This document shows, in pieces, positions 45,574 to 57,698 of a DNA stretch of 64,000 nt (its first letter is position 1; every line of letters starts with the position of its first letter). Position numbers and translations under genes: made by a program. Under the pieces are notes generated by a model. That model did not search any database, had not been told where the DNA came from, and was given only the letters and a program-made list of their open reading frames with translations. The DNA lies in NCBI GenBank assembly GCA_963733675.1, contig CAVTET010000006.1, positions 128,001 through 192,000 on the forward strand. Direction: 5' to 3'. This stretch comes from an uncultured Methanosarcinaceae archaeon (lineage in GTDB: Archaea > Halobacteriota > Methanosarcinia > Methanosarcinales > Methanosarcinaceae).

Positions 45574-46929
45574 TTATCTTCTGTCCACAAGCCTTTTAGG
45601 CCTACCCTTAATTTTGTTTAAATCGAGCCCTTTTGAACCTTGGAAATTAAATAAAATCTTGAAAGTACCTGCTTCGTAAGCTCTGGAAAGTGGAGACTGG
45701 GACCTGAAGAAAGTACGAATAAAGTTTTCTTTTATAAGGTCTCTGTCACAAGTATCAGGGTTTTCACATTCCATGCTGACTCTCAGTATAGTTTCTCCAT
45801 CTTCTTCCCCATAAAGAAAGGCTTCGTATTCTCCGGTTAGATAATTCATGTTTTCGCGTTGGAATATCCCCCTTTCCACATCTACGCGGTTAAAGGGAGT
45901 ACTCTCAACCCAAACAGTTTCTGCCTCACGTTGTGGGGTCATGATTTTCATATGAGTCCTCCCACATGGACATTTTTTGCGAGTAAGCACTAAAGTGGTA
46001 TCCTCAGTATCATAATTTAGCAGTAGGTTTCCTGTTCTTGCCCCAGCAGGCAAAAGTGTGCTGAGGACTATTCTTCCACATTCTCCATCAGGTACAAAAT
46101 TTTCTATATTGGGATCGTAAATGTCAATGTGGACAAAATCTTCTGGCACATGCAGGCCAGAAATCTCATTACACTCTCCACACATTGTTCCTTCCGTGCT
46201 CCCATAAATATTATACACAGGGCAATCCCATATTTCAGAAAGATAGTTTCTTGATTCATCAGCAAAAGCTTCTCCTCCTACAACCAATTTATCTATGCCT
46301 GAATCTCGAGGATCACTGCCTTCTGCCCGCATCCTTCTGGCAAGATTAAGAAGTTTGAATACGCTACCCACTATGCCTGTTGGCCTATAAATTTCAATGA
46401 TACGAAGGGGAAAAGTGCATTTGCCCTCAGGGATAATAGTCATTCCAAGCTGCTTAGCTGCAAAGGTCATTGTATTAGCTCCCACATTCATTCCATAAGA
46501 AGCACAGACAACAACCCTGTCTCCATGCCCGAAGCCCTGCGACATGAAGATACGAGAGTATTTTTCGGCATAGTTTACCCAGTCTTCCCAAGTAAGGAAA
46601 AAGCTCTTCGGAGGTCCGCTAGTGCCACTGGTCTCATGGATCGTGAAAACGTCTTCCCATCCTACACTCCGAAACATAAATTCATTAGTCTTAGGAGGCT
46701 GGTTTTCTTGGATAGTTCTCCCTGAGATCACTGGAAGATTCAGAAGATCTTCATGAGTCTTAATTTCTGTAGGGTTTATTCCATGCTTTTCAAACCATTT
46801 TCTGTAAAAAGGAGAATTTTCTATTGCATATCTTATGGTGTACCTCACACGTTCCTCTATGAGTGCATCAAGTTCACCCCTGTCCAAGGTTTCAATTTCC
46901 GTGTTGAAATAAGATCTTGAGATATCCAT
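45574..46929 (-). CDS. ftsA: Coenzyme F390 synthetase (adenylate-forming)
   Basis: 'NSPFYR', 'HETSGTSG', 'YGSTEG', 'LLNYDT.D' and 'GRPKRLVDRR', matching methanogen F390 synthetase. Confidence 0.85.
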   Translation of the reverse strand: MDISRSYFNTEIETLDRGELDALIEERVRYTIRYAIENSPFYRKWFEKHGINPTEIKTHEDLLNLPVISGRTIQENQPPKTNEFMFRSVGWEDVFTIHETSGTSGPPKSFFLTWEDWVNYAEKYSRIFMSQGFGHGDRVVVCASYGMNVGANTMTFAAKQLGMTIIPEGKCTFPLRIIEIYRPTGIVGSVFKLLNLARRMRAEGSDPRDSGIDKLVVGGEAFADESRNYLSEIWDCPVYNIYGSTEGTMCGECNEISGLHVPEDFVHIDIYDPNIENFVPDGECGRIVLSTLLPAGARTGNLLLNYDTEDTTLVLTRKKCPCGRTHMKIMTPQREAETVWVESTPFNRVDVERGIFQRENMNYLTGEYEAFLYGEEDGETILRVSMECENPDTCDRDLIKENFIRTFFRSQSPLSRAYEAGTFKILFNFQGSKGLDLNKIKGRPKRLVDRR

Positions 46930-47243
46930 TATAGAACACCGTCGCAGAAATATTTAGCCGCATCAATAACCTTGTTGTTTATTGCTCTCATAACTTGAAA
47001 GGTTTACTTAACCGCTGCTTTATCAAGAAACGATAGCATAGTTCCAACTTCTATTAAGTTATTTCCGGTAAAAAATATATTTTCGCCTAACATTTCTAGG
47101 GGTGATATAGTTTTACTGAAAATTAATAGCTTTAAGCATGCAACTGTACTAAATGAGAATTTAAGTAACAATTTTTATTGTAATTGGTTTATATACCTCA
47201 AGTGCGTATTTTTTTCACATGCTTTTACCATCCCAGGATCAGT

Positions 47244-47383
47244 GGTTCCGTTGCAAAAAATCTGGCTTTTTCACAAAAACATCACAATTCGGGAAGGTAA
47301 TCATTTTAATTCGGGAGAAAATGACACATAAAGGTGAAAATTATAGTGTCAAATTGCAGAAATATTATTTTTGCAACGGAACC
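47244..47383 (+). mobile_element. IS6-type MITE (140 bp) with perfect TIRs
   Basis: GGTTCCGTTGCAAAAA...TTTTTGCAACGGAACC, identical to the IS6 TIRs. Interior similar to the MITEs at 2779 and 3613. Confidence 0.88.
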
Positions 47384-48610
47384 CTAAAAATTTTGTTCGC
47401 TGGGTTCAAGAATGAAGCTATACTACGCTCTGCACTACGTAGGCTTTTCCGCTGGCTTAATACGAAGGGCGTGACGGCTATAGTCACCGGTGAACGGGGA
47501 GATCCCCCTCTCACTAGATACGGACTCGAAGAGTGCGTCGCAGACTGCGTTATCCTTTTCGATAACAGGATGGAGGAGCAAATAGCCACCAGACGCCTGA
47601 GGATAATTAAGTACAGGGGGTCCAAACATGGCACTAACGAGTATCCTTTCCTGATAGAGGATATCTGTTCTACTAATTACATCACTAGGGCTTGCGCATG
47701 AAGTATCTGCAGGAGGGAGGATCTCAACGGGCATAAAGCGCCTGGATACGATGCTGGGAAGCCAGGGCTACTATCGTGGCAATACAATACTAATTTCCGG
47801 AACAGCCGGTACTGGCAAGACTAGTTTTGGAGCCGAATTCGCCAAAGCTACCTGAGAGCGGGGAGAACGCTGCCTATACTTCGCTTTCGAGGAATCTCCA
47901 AGCCAGGTAATCAGAAACATGAGATCTATAGGTATAGACACTTCCAGCCCTACGTTGATACCGGTTTAATGCAAATAAGTGCCTCACGGCCCATGGCCTA
48001 TGGCTTGGAAATGCATCTGGTAGCCATGCACAGGCTGATAGATAAGTTCAAGCCAGCCGTCGTGATCATAGATCCTATATCAAACATGATCAACGTAGGC
48101 GTTGAGGCCAATGTCAAGTTCACGCTCACGAGACTCGTAGATTACTTGAAGCTCAAGAATATCACTGCAGTATGCACTAGTCTGGTAGAACACGAAAGTA
48201 TCGAGGGCGTAAATGCTCAGGGTATATCTTCTCTCATGGATACTTGGATCAATCTCCGTTTCTTTGAAAATGATGGCGAGCGCAATCGTGGAGTTACTTT
48301 GATAAAGTCAAGAGGCATGGAGTACTCCAATCAGATCAGGGAATATATGATGACTGATAATGAGCATAAAAATCCAATATGTATACCTCTTGGACCTTCA
48401 AGAGGCCTACTTATGGGATCTTCCAGATTTGCTCAGGAAGCGAAGGAGATGGCTGAGGCTGTCACTAAAAGTAAAAACGTGAGGAAGAGGGAAAGAGAAC
48501 TGGAAAATAAGCTAAAATTCCTGGATGCTCAGATAACATAATTAAGCTCCGAGTTTGAGGTGCAGAAAGAGGAGCTTGATAAGCTCACATCCGAAGATGT
48601 GCTCAGAAGT
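47384..48610 (+). pseudogene. kaiC: Circadian clock protein KaiC homolog, 5'-truncated and frameshifted
   Basis: 'LFAGF..EA.LRS.LRRLF.WL..KGVT', 'YGLEE.VADCV', 'KYRGS.HGTNEYPF', CII Walker A GTAGTGKT, 'GISSLMDTW', 'KSRGM.YSNQ.RE'. Frameshifts near 47660 and 47940 and an in-frame TGA. GC-rich. Confidence 0.88.
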
Positions 48611-49193
48611 TACCGTTATAGTCGATTGGTTACTTCTTGAAGACATAAACAACAGATCCTGGACTGAGTTCAAATATAATCTTACATATGTTGACGAGTA
48701 GAAGAAGCGAGTATACATTGATAAAGTATAGAAACAAACACTCCCTAATTTTGAGCAACTTCGTTAAGGCAATTCTATTAGCAAGCGTTTATTGACTCAG
48801 TTGTAGACTTGGCTATAATTAATTATAAGTGCCTGGAGAAAAAAAATCATTTTAGCTAATATAGCGCTAACCCCCTATTTTGGCGGAATATGCAAAAATA
48901 CCCATATTGAAATTTAAACCTTGATACATTAAAGTGGTTTCGAAGAAAATTTATGAATTGGATAGTATGTAAATCCACAAAAATTGCCAAAATATTTTAG
49001 ATCATGCAGAAATGTATTTGTACAGGACGATACGTGGTTTAAGTGAAGGATCAAATACATGGTATTCAAAATTGTGCATGAAGATTATTAAAAGATAACA
49101 AATTAGGCATAATTATATTCCAGTTATTCATGATTTAGTCCGGGATCTGGATAAGATAGATGAATTTATGTAACAAGGATTAGAGGTGGAACA

Positions 49194-49517
49194 ATGTCTG
49201 AAGAATTAAAAGCCAAGACACTCAAGGTAGAAGATTTGATTGAATACCAGGAAGGAGCCGTTGTTAGCAAAGAAATTATCCGTAAAGGCACGGGAACTGT
49301 GACTATATTTGCCTTCGATAAAGGAGAAGGATTGAGTGAACATACAGCTCCTTTCGATGTCATGATTCAGGTAATAGACGGCAAGGCAGAAATTACTATT
49401 TCTGGCAATAAAAATATCCTTGAGAAAGGGGATCTGATTATAATGCCTGCAAACGAATCTCATGCACTCCATGCTAATGAAAAATTCAAAATGATCCTTA
49501 CCATGATTCGTTCTTAA
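49194..49517 (+). CDS. Cupin-domain protein
   Basis: 'LIEYQ.G.VVS','FAFD.GEGLSEHTAP.D','MPA...HAL.A...FKM.L'. Confidence 0.9.
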   Translation: MSEELKAKTLKVEDLIEYQEGAVVSKEIIRKGTGTVTIFAFDKGEGLSEHTAPFDVMIQVIDGKAEITISGNKNILEKGDLIIMPANESHALHANEKFKMILTMIRS

Positions 49518-50094
49518 TATTGTTAAGCTCTACTTTAGGTCTTCCTCTATTAAAGGAAAATCTACACAATTCTGAATTAACATTTTTGATAGAAGCTGAT
49601 AGTGAGCGATAAAACTGAAATCGGAGCTTTAATCCCTCTTATTTAATCTTTTGATGAATGTTCTAACTATGTGTGCCAGAACAGTATTGATATAGGGTCC
49701 TTACAAATTGGTTCACTTTTTAAGGAATAATAAGCCTTATTTTCCAGATTTGATTCTATTTATAGTTCCAAAAATAAAAATACGGGTGGGGGATAATTTC
49801 TTTTGATTTAAAGGAATATTGCTCTCAATTTCCTTTCTAAAAGCATATTAATCCTTTTTGATATTGGATTTAGTATAAAGGAAAAATGTAGCAATTATCC
49901 GATTTTTTTGGTATTCTCTTACCCTTAATAAATCTATATCTTTATTAATTAAATTCGAAATATGAGATATTCGATTTTGGTTTCTTATGAGTTTCCATGA
50001 TTTGAAATAAAAACTAAACATCGAAGATTGAATACAAGAAAGGAAGAAAAATAAAGATCTACAAATTACTACTGATTACAGGAAAAAGAGTTAG

Positions 50095-50179
50095 TGCGAG
50101 GGGTATGATTAGAAAGCACGAGTTCCTACTAAAATAGGCCCTCAATCTATCGTTTTTGACCTTGCTGTGCAACTCTAGT
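50095..50179 (-). pseudogene. Decayed tRNA-Leu(GAG)-like sequence
   Basis: Minus strand GGTCAAAAACGATAGATTGAGGGCCTATT...TAGGAACTCGTG...ACCCCTCGCA. Flanked by TTAG like the 33209 copy. Confidence 0.55.
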
Positions 50180-50819
50180 ATATTTACGGACAGATTTAAG
50201 AAATCGCCGGAGGGTCAACTATAACACAAGCACAGGCTTTAAGATAAGCTCAACATTCAATTTGGTTTATTGAGCGCATGGTTTTACTTTAGGGCAGTTG
50301 AAAAATTGGCTGTAATAAGCTTAAAAAGATAGTATCCCTTCAAAGTCAGGCCCTATGTCCTGCGAAACTCTTTACTCACTTTTCAACATCCTATTTTTCC
50401 TGTGCAGCATATCCGTTGTGTACCTAAACATCAATTCTTTACTGGAGTTTATTTCTTCGTATTCGCCATTCTTACCAATGTCACAACCAATATCACAGGT
50501 CTCTTTTAGGCAGCTTGTTACTAAAATATAAGAACGAGCCTAATTCAAAGCATATAATTACAATTGGATATGTGTATTATTACATATCCACCACAGTTAA
50601 TATTATATCTTTATGTTTATAAGCTGGCAAAAGTTTGCTGCGTAATACTGCTTCAAGGGTGTAAGGCAACCAAAGAGCCACATTGTCAACTATTCACTGT
50701 TATTACATTACCCTATCGAAATGGTACTCATTTATAACTGAAAAAATATTAACTATTGACGTTGCACTTTTTTTGTTGTGAAAGAAAAAGGATACAAAAT
50801 TAATAAGATTTTACATAAC

Positions 50820-51005
50820 TTTCGATACACTGTCGATTTCCCTGAAGGCATCTAGGACTTCTGAGCCCATTATATCCTTTCGGTCTTTGAACTTTTCAGC
50901 CTGAAGGTCAAGAATGGAAGAGATAACCTGAAGATTATTCTTGATCCTATGGTGAATTTACCTTTTACGGACATATTCAATATTTGTCAGAGTTTCTTTG
51001 CCTTT
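50820..51005 (-). pseudogene. HisKA_2-type sensor histidine kinase fragment
   Basis: 'IHHRIKNNLQVISSILDLQAEKF...VL.AFRE' H-box on the minus strand, with an upstream stop and no ATPase domain. Confidence 0.75.
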
Positions 51006-51213
51006 TTCCTCTTCTTAATATTCTAAAACTGTTGCTTCCATTCGAATAGGAATTTTTATTTCATAAAAATAAATTCACTTTGGCCATTGACTACACGTCC
51101 TTTTCCAGTGGCTAAAATAATACTATGATCAATGTTATAGAGCTTTCTTTTTAAAGTTCTCTTAGCGGCATAAACCCAGTAGTGAGGTAAAAAATAAAAT
51201 GAGGTAAAAATAA

Positions 51214-51357
51214 ATGAAGTTTAAAAAGACAGTGACCATTTTGTTAGTAGCCTTCGTTGCAGCTTCATTGGCGGTTACAGCAGTAAGCACAAACTACAAC
51301 GACGGTAAAAGTATCGATGGTAAAAGTAGCGCCAGTAACAGTGGCCAGAGCTGTTAG
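51214..51357 (+). CDS. Short secreted-type peptide (47 aa, TAG stop), possibly a remnant
   Basis: GAGGT upstream, then MKFKKTVTILLVAFVAASLAVTAVSTNYNDGKSIDGKSSASNSGQSC*. Confidence 0.4.
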   Translation: MKFKKTVTILLVAFVAASLAVTAVSTNYNDGKSIDGKSSASNSGQSC

Positions 51358-51577
51358 AGCCAATCCTGGCGGCAGCTTCTACGTTTTACCATATTATTTC
51401 ACATTCGTTTTCCAATTTCTGATACACCAACCAAATATCACATAATCCGTAATTGATTTATACTTACTTGGCATCAAATTATACTAAATATATTTCTGTA
51501 TCGTTAAGAAATATGCATTGAATAATCTATGAAGTTATGACAGGGATTTTAAAAATAAAGTAAATAGGTGTAAAAAA

Positions 51578-53526
51578 ATGAACACGGTTAACAAGGAGAA
51601 CAAAAACACTCCTGAAAATCTTACAAAATTTGAAAATCTAGAAATGGAGGACATAAAGGCTATAAGGGGAAAACTTTCCAAAATGCACAATGATATCAAA
51701 AAAGTGATGGAATATTCCAAAAGGCTGTGTTTCGAAACTGCTCTCGAAAGTCCAAGGCAGAAATATTCACACTCTATTCCAAATAACCTTTTTGAAGATA
51801 TAGAGACAGGACTTAAACAAAACATGGTGAGAAAATGTCCTGAAAAGGAAAATTGCACTTCTAAGTTTACAGTCATTCCACAACACAATAGAGAGCTTAT
51901 AAAAAATATTAACGTAGATGAAGCCCTTATTTCAGACAACTTAAATAAGCTGGATGAACTGAGATGTGGAGTCCCTTATAGGGAATGTGAGCAGTGCTTT
52001 TCCGAAGTTTCGGATCTCTTCATAAAACAAATAAACCTCATGCATTCTATGAAGATTTATAAAAATAATCCTGGACAGAAGTCAGATATTTCAGCCCCCA
52101 AAACTAGCGTTGGTATGAGCAAAATCCTTGAGCTGGTCTCAAATAAACAGCGCCTGAAAATTCTAAAAGCAGTCGCCTTAGAACCGAAAAGTTTCTCTGC
52201 TTTTTCCAAACTTACTGGTCTTATAGCAGGAAATTTACTTTTTCATCTCCAGAAACTCATGGACTGCGATCTGATTCTGCAGCAACATGACAGAGGAAAT
52301 TATCTGATTACTGAAAAAGGATCCCAAATCCTGCAGAGTTTGAACGAGATGTATTCTTCACTCCAATATTTCCCACAGCAGAGATCTAATTTTAATTTAC
52401 TTGAGAAATCGAAAAAAGAAGAATTAACCGAAGAATCGAGGATAGTAAAACTGACCGAAGCCCTAACAGAAATGGCTCTGACCCGTGGGGCCTCCAAAGT
52501 AGGCATTGCAACGATCAAAACACTTTTAGGCGGTCCTCCTTCTGCCGACCTGACTTATGTGCTACCCGATGCAAAATCAGCTGTCTGTTTTGCCTTAGCT
52601 CTTGACCATAACCTTATATATCCTTTTTTCAGAAAAGTTGATAATGAATTCCTTGAAACTAATAAGGTACGGACCCAAGCTCTTGCCGATGGAATAGCAC
52701 TCGAAATAGCAGCTTTCTTGCAACAGGCTGGATACAAAGCTGTCCCTCAACCTACGAATTTCGTTTATTGTAGGGAAGCAGAAGATCAGCTGCTTTATAT
52801 GCATCCTCCTATCTCGCATAGGTATCTGGCAGTACGCTCTGGGATAGGGCATTTCGGATATTCAGGGAATATCATTACAAAGGAATATGGATCCGCGATT
52901 GTCTTGGTCTCAGTAGTTACGGATGCGGAACTTATCCCAACGGACTATTTGCCAGAAGAAGAAAACTATTGTGACGAATGCAAGCTTTGCCTTTCAGTAT
53001 GTTTATCTGGATACGTGAACCCTGTTGAAAAGGTCACTGTAACTCTTGGTGGGAAGGAGTTTAGTTATGGGAAGCGAAGAAACAATAGTCGCTGTTTACT
53101 TGTATATAGGACTTACAGGTCTGGATGTCTCAGGAAAATGGTCCACCTGGTCTCCTGGGCGCTTTAAAATCCCCGAAAATGATGAAGATTTCGTTGCTAC
53201 AATACCTGCTGTCACACAAACATATCTAGGAAGGCCGGAGTTCAAAGGTGGATTTTTTATACCTATAATGGCCGGATCCATGATGGAATATCCCTGTTTT
53301 AACTGTCAAATAGTCTGTCACCTTGAAAAAGAAGTTTGAACTGCAAGATACAAGATGCTTATAGAAAGTGGAGTGGTTATACAGGAACCTGATGGAATCC
53401 GCAGGGTCGTATCTCCGGGAGAAGCAAAAGAGTATCTCAATTCCATGCCTCTGGAAAGAAGAAAACTGTATGAATCTATTCCAGAGGGAAAAAGCGATCT
53501 AAAAACAGGGAGTTATTTCACGTAGA
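51578..53526 (+). pseudogene. ArsR-type winged-HTH protein fused to a QueG-like (epoxyqueuosine reductase-like) Fe-S protein, 3' part disrupted
   Basis: 'NKQRL.IL.......SFS..SKLTGL..GNLLFHL.KL', then 'HRYLAVRSG.G..G.SGN', 'CDECKLC...C'. Frameshift near 53100 and TGA at 53337. Confidence 0.75.
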
Positions 53527-53581
53527 ACAAAATTTGGATTATCCTTTAAAGATAATCAAAATTTTAAGGTTAAATCCTTTA

Positions 53582-53692
53582 GGATTTATGCGGTTGAACT
53601 GAAAAATGGCATTTAGCCCTTAATTATCTAAATTGAAAATATAGATCACAGTTTTTATTGTACTTGATTTTGTACCTCAAGTGTGTAAGTCC
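53582..53692. mobile_element. ~110-bp MITE-like repeat with GGA(C/T)TTA(C/T)GC...GTGTAAGTCC ends
   Basis: Imperfect TIRs. Degenerate relatives share TACCTCAAGTG at ~47140-47210 and 62457-62570 (inverted). Confidence 0.6.
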
Positions 53693-54396
53693 CAACCTTA
53701 TGAATAATAGTGGGCAAATATGCTAACAAATTTTACATGTGTATACATCTGCAGAATATCTGTTATGTCGGTCATAAGGTCAATAAGTTCTATAACATCA
53801 CGAACGTATGTTTCAATGTATTCCTTCAAAAAACCTACTGAAGGCTGAGATGAAGGCATTTATTGACGAGTAGGGAAAGGCTTACGTCTTTTATAATTCA
53901 TATCTCAGGATCGTTTAATGTTAATACTAATTAGTTTAAGTCAGGGATATATATGCAAAAGGATATAATAAATTAAATCTAATTATAAATTATATATTTT
54001 ACCTATATCTTCAAGTAGATATTCGATAGACAGATTGGTATTTCCCCCAGCTGTAACTTACAAGATCAAGTTTTCTACATATAAGATCGGCCTTTACCCA
54101 AGATTTCCTCAATTTATTGGTAATCTCCATGTGAATTTTAATTTAATTTCTATATCTTTGAGGAGTCCTAAAGGTTTTGTTTAAAAGCGGGTAGCTCTGA
54201 GGGTAAAAATCGTTATTCATGTTTTTGTCCATTTTTATGAGTAAGACTTATATTATTTGATCGTATAATAAGAGCATTAAAAATAAAGAGGCGTATAATC
54301 TGTTATTAAAAACTAATTTTTGTTTTTAACCAAATAGTTATATAAGTCTTGTTTTTAAACTATTGACTATCCGCTGTGAGCGGAGGTGAAAAGAAT

Positions 54397-54600
54397 ATGG
54401 CCTTTAATGACAGAGGGAATTCCTCTAGGGGTAGAGACCGAAATCGCGGAGGTTTCGGCGGTCCAAAGGAAATGCACAATGCAACTTGTTCTGATTGTGG
54501 TGTTGAAACACAGGTACCTTTCAAACCTGATCCTGAAAGACCGATCTATTGCAGAGAGTGTCTCCCCAATCACAGGAAACCCAGAGAGGAAAGGTACTAA
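54397..54600 (+). CDS. CxxC-x17-CxxC zinc-ribbon protein
   Basis: GGAGGTG upstream, Gly/Arg-rich N-terminus, 'MH.ATCSDCG.ETQVPFKPD..RP.YCREC'. Confidence 0.92.
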   Translation: MAFNDRGNSSRGRDRNRGGFGGPKEMHNATCSDCGVETQVPFKPDPERPIYCRECLPNHRKPREERY

Positions 54601-55589
54601 GCTCATAGAGAACCACACTTAATAATTCAGTCTGAAAATCCCACTTGCAGATTATGCCCGTTTTGCTTAGCTTGAGAAGGTTAAACGGACTACTTCCTTT
54701 TTATTGAATTATTCACTTCTACGTTTTACTATTGTATGTTATTTAATTATAGAGAGTTCCGATTTATCTTATTTTTTTGGATTATTAACTGTAAGTTGTT
54801 TTTGGTAGGAAGTTTGTTTCAATTTTTGCTTCCAAAAAAGTCTGAAAACGAATTCGTGAATTTACATAAAGGGGTTAAATACTACCTTGATTACATGCCA
54901 ATTTTTTGAGGCAATTCCTTTGTCTGAATATATCTGGGAATCTAATTTGTCGAGAGTGGTAACTAACTCTTGTAATTTAGACATTAAAAGATGTTTATTC
55001 ATTGCTTTCCTTCTCATTATATGCGCTAGAAAAAGCAGCAGAGTTTCTATAGATATGAAAACAAAATTTAAAAATCTTAAAAACTGGTTTATACCTCAAA
55101 AATGTAATGTTGTTTTATGTGAATCAACGAATGATTTTCGGGTTCTTATTTGAGATTTATTGATAAAGTATCTAATTGTTCTAGTTTGAAATACCTTAGG
55201 TCTGAAGGCGCTTATGCATAAAGACTGATAATTAGATCCAGAATTCATGGCAGAATCTTCACTTAATAAAATGATTTAGCCATTAAGAGTTATCACACAG
55301 CGCTGATTCAGGCTTCAGGCATTCTTGAATCTTATAAAATATCTTTGCAACTAACCTGAATTATGGGGAAAAAAACTTTTTAATTAGGTGTATGGAAAGT
55401 ATAAAAATGAGATTTAAATTCTAACTTCTTTTCCTGGTATTGGTAAATTAGTGAAGCAACTCTAATTGCTAAAATAACCAAGTTCTAGATTTTTTCTTTA
55501 GGAGATCAGCTTGATTCATAGCTTGGAATAGTTACGAATGTATACCAATTTGCGGATGAATCTTACACGACAGAATAACAAAAATAAGA

Positions 55590-55910
55590 TCAAAGATAAT
55601 AATGTGGATTCTAACGCTAATTACTCTGGCAGCAGCAAGGAAAAAATATAGCAAAATAAAAGGTTCTTTTAACCCAAATAAGAAATCAATTTGACATCCA
55701 AATGCAATTATTGCACTAGCGCGGAAAATTGCCACAATTACCTTGCATATGTTCGCAAATAATTAGATATATGAAGATGAACAAGGGCAACAAGTAGGAA
55801 AAATTCAAAAGAGACAGATTTTTGAGATTGAGACATTCTCTGTTGATGCACAAATAAAACTTATTATTAGAATAAACGTAATTATGAAAAAAAGATCCAA
55901 AAGCAAGTGA
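55590..55910 (+). pseudogene. IS110-family transposase C-terminal relic
   Basis: 'AAARKK.SKIK...AIIALARKIATI.LHM..N..IYED' with stops. Confidence 0.55.
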
Positions 55911-56736
55911 GAAACTATTTTAGTCAAGTACTTTCATGTCAAATTTGATCATAAAAATCTCAATCATTTAATGATGGTCGACAAATTTATCTAAAAATTT
56001 TAACAAATTTTTTTTCGGATATCTTGATAAATTTGAGATAACTCCCTTCAGGTTCGATCCAAGTTTCTCTTCCAGTGATTATATTCTGGTTCTATTTTTT
56101 TAGTTTATTTGTTAAGACCTTTGTAGTCCCTTAGAAATTGCTTCATTCCATGAGAAGTTCTTTTTCAGTTATTCACTTTTGCTCACAGTTTTCACAAGTT
56201 AAGGATCAACATCAATGTCAGATATGGGACTTGAATACAGGTTGTCTCCGCCGGCAGTGTTATTAAAAGCAGTTGTTTTCCAAAATAAATGAATAGGTGC
56301 TTTTCAAATTATTGAGCATAGTATCCCCGTTCTCGGCTACAAGACTAGCCTGTGCATTAATTATTAAGTTGGTTCTTTAAATAGTTGTATACCTAAACCT
56401 GGAGCTGAAAATTTGTCAGTGTCCTCTTTGTTGGCAAGAGCTACACAATAACATCAGTCTAAAATATTCTATTTTATTAAGGCATTTTGAAAAACATTGA
56501 GTACTATACTTCCTGTCCAATCAGCATTAGGGTAGGTACCAATTTTCTAAAAGTCATTATGATTTGTGCATAAATCTTTTGCATGATCTTTGGAACAAGG
56601 GTATGAAAAAATAATCTAGATATAATATATAAATGAAAAGATAATTCAAGGTCAGAATCAAAAATAGGATGCAGGTTAAATAACCTGCAAGAAAATTGAA
56701 GAATTTCATAATACAAATTCTGTTTTACGTTATTAA

Positions 56737-57594
56737 TTAAACTAAACCCGATCTTTGAAGAGTCATCAGGTCTTCAGTAGTGAGTTTCGCTCCACCCTTA
56801 AACTTTTCGAAGATGGACTTGGCATCTTTCTGAAGTTCGGATTTGACGACACGAGACTTTCCATCTTTGTCTTTCTTTTTGAGTTTAAAAATTTCTTTAT
56901 CAAGATCCCTAATTTCCTTCTGTGCATTTATGAAAATTTTATGCTGTTCGTCAGCTGCTTCTTGTGCTTTTACGAATTCTCTGTGAGCAATGTCAGATTC
57001 TGCCCTAATCCTATCCGCTTCCTTAAAAGCTGCAATCATCTTTTCATGGTGTTCTTGAGCTTGCCTAGCATACTCAGCCAACTCGGTATGAAATTTTGAA
57101 GCTTCATCTCTGATCTGCTGAGCTTCATCGAGAATAATCTTGAGTTCTAGATTACCCTCGAGCTGGACTTTTTTAACCTGATACTGCTTTTGAAGCTGAG
57201 TAATCTTCCCAACGAGCTCTCTTTCCTTGCTTGTGCTCAGGACTTCGGTTTGCTGAGTAAATTCAAGTCGATCTATATCTTTCCGAAGAGCTTTTATAGA
57301 CGGTCCAGCTAAATTATTTTGTTTTCGGATGGAGTCTGCCTCTGCAAAGAGTTCATTCGCCTTTGCGTTGGTATCATCGCGCTTATTCTTATATTCACTG
57401 ACCTTCTCATTAATTTCATCCCTGAGGATCTTTAATTCCTGAGCTTCGTTGATAAGATCCTTTGTCCTTTTATTCAGTTCATTGCGCTTTGCAGCAAAAG
57501 CACTGGCTTCTGTGTTCAAAACGTTTCTTTTGTCCTTGGATTCTTCAGAAATGTCCTTCAGATCTGATTTTTTTTTCTGCAATTCTTTTAGCAT
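56737..57594 (-). CDS. Archaeal coiled-coil protein (serB-associated, COG1340-like)
   Basis: All-helical heptads, 'I..LEF.QQT.VL...KE.ELV', C-terminal 'IF.KFK.G.KLTTEDL'. Confidence 0.85.
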   Translation of the reverse strand: MLKELQKKKSDLKDISEESKDKRNVLNTEASAFAAKRNELNKRTKDLINEAQELKILRDEINEKVSEYKNKRDDTNAKANELFAEADSIRKQNNLAGPSIKALRKDIDRLEFTQQTEVLSTSKERELVGKITQLQKQYQVKKVQLEGNLELKIILDEAQQIRDEASKFHTELAEYARQAQEHHEKMIAAFKEADRIRAESDIAHREFVKAQEAADEQHKIFINAQKEIRDLDKEIFKLKKKDKDGKSRVVKSELQKDAKSIFEKFKGGAKLTTEDLMTLQRSGLV

Positions 57595-57698
57595 CTTTTA
57601 TTGTGCCTCCAGATCCAGCAAAAAAGCTGGCATTTTGGTAGTTCTACTGTTAGATATCGACATTCTGTGCCTGATTACAAAATTGATAAGAAAGAGAT

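Noticed and set aside
47219-47701. 160-aa ORF as a real gene
   Set aside because: Chimeric: its N-terminus is translated MITE sequence running into the kaiC fragment.
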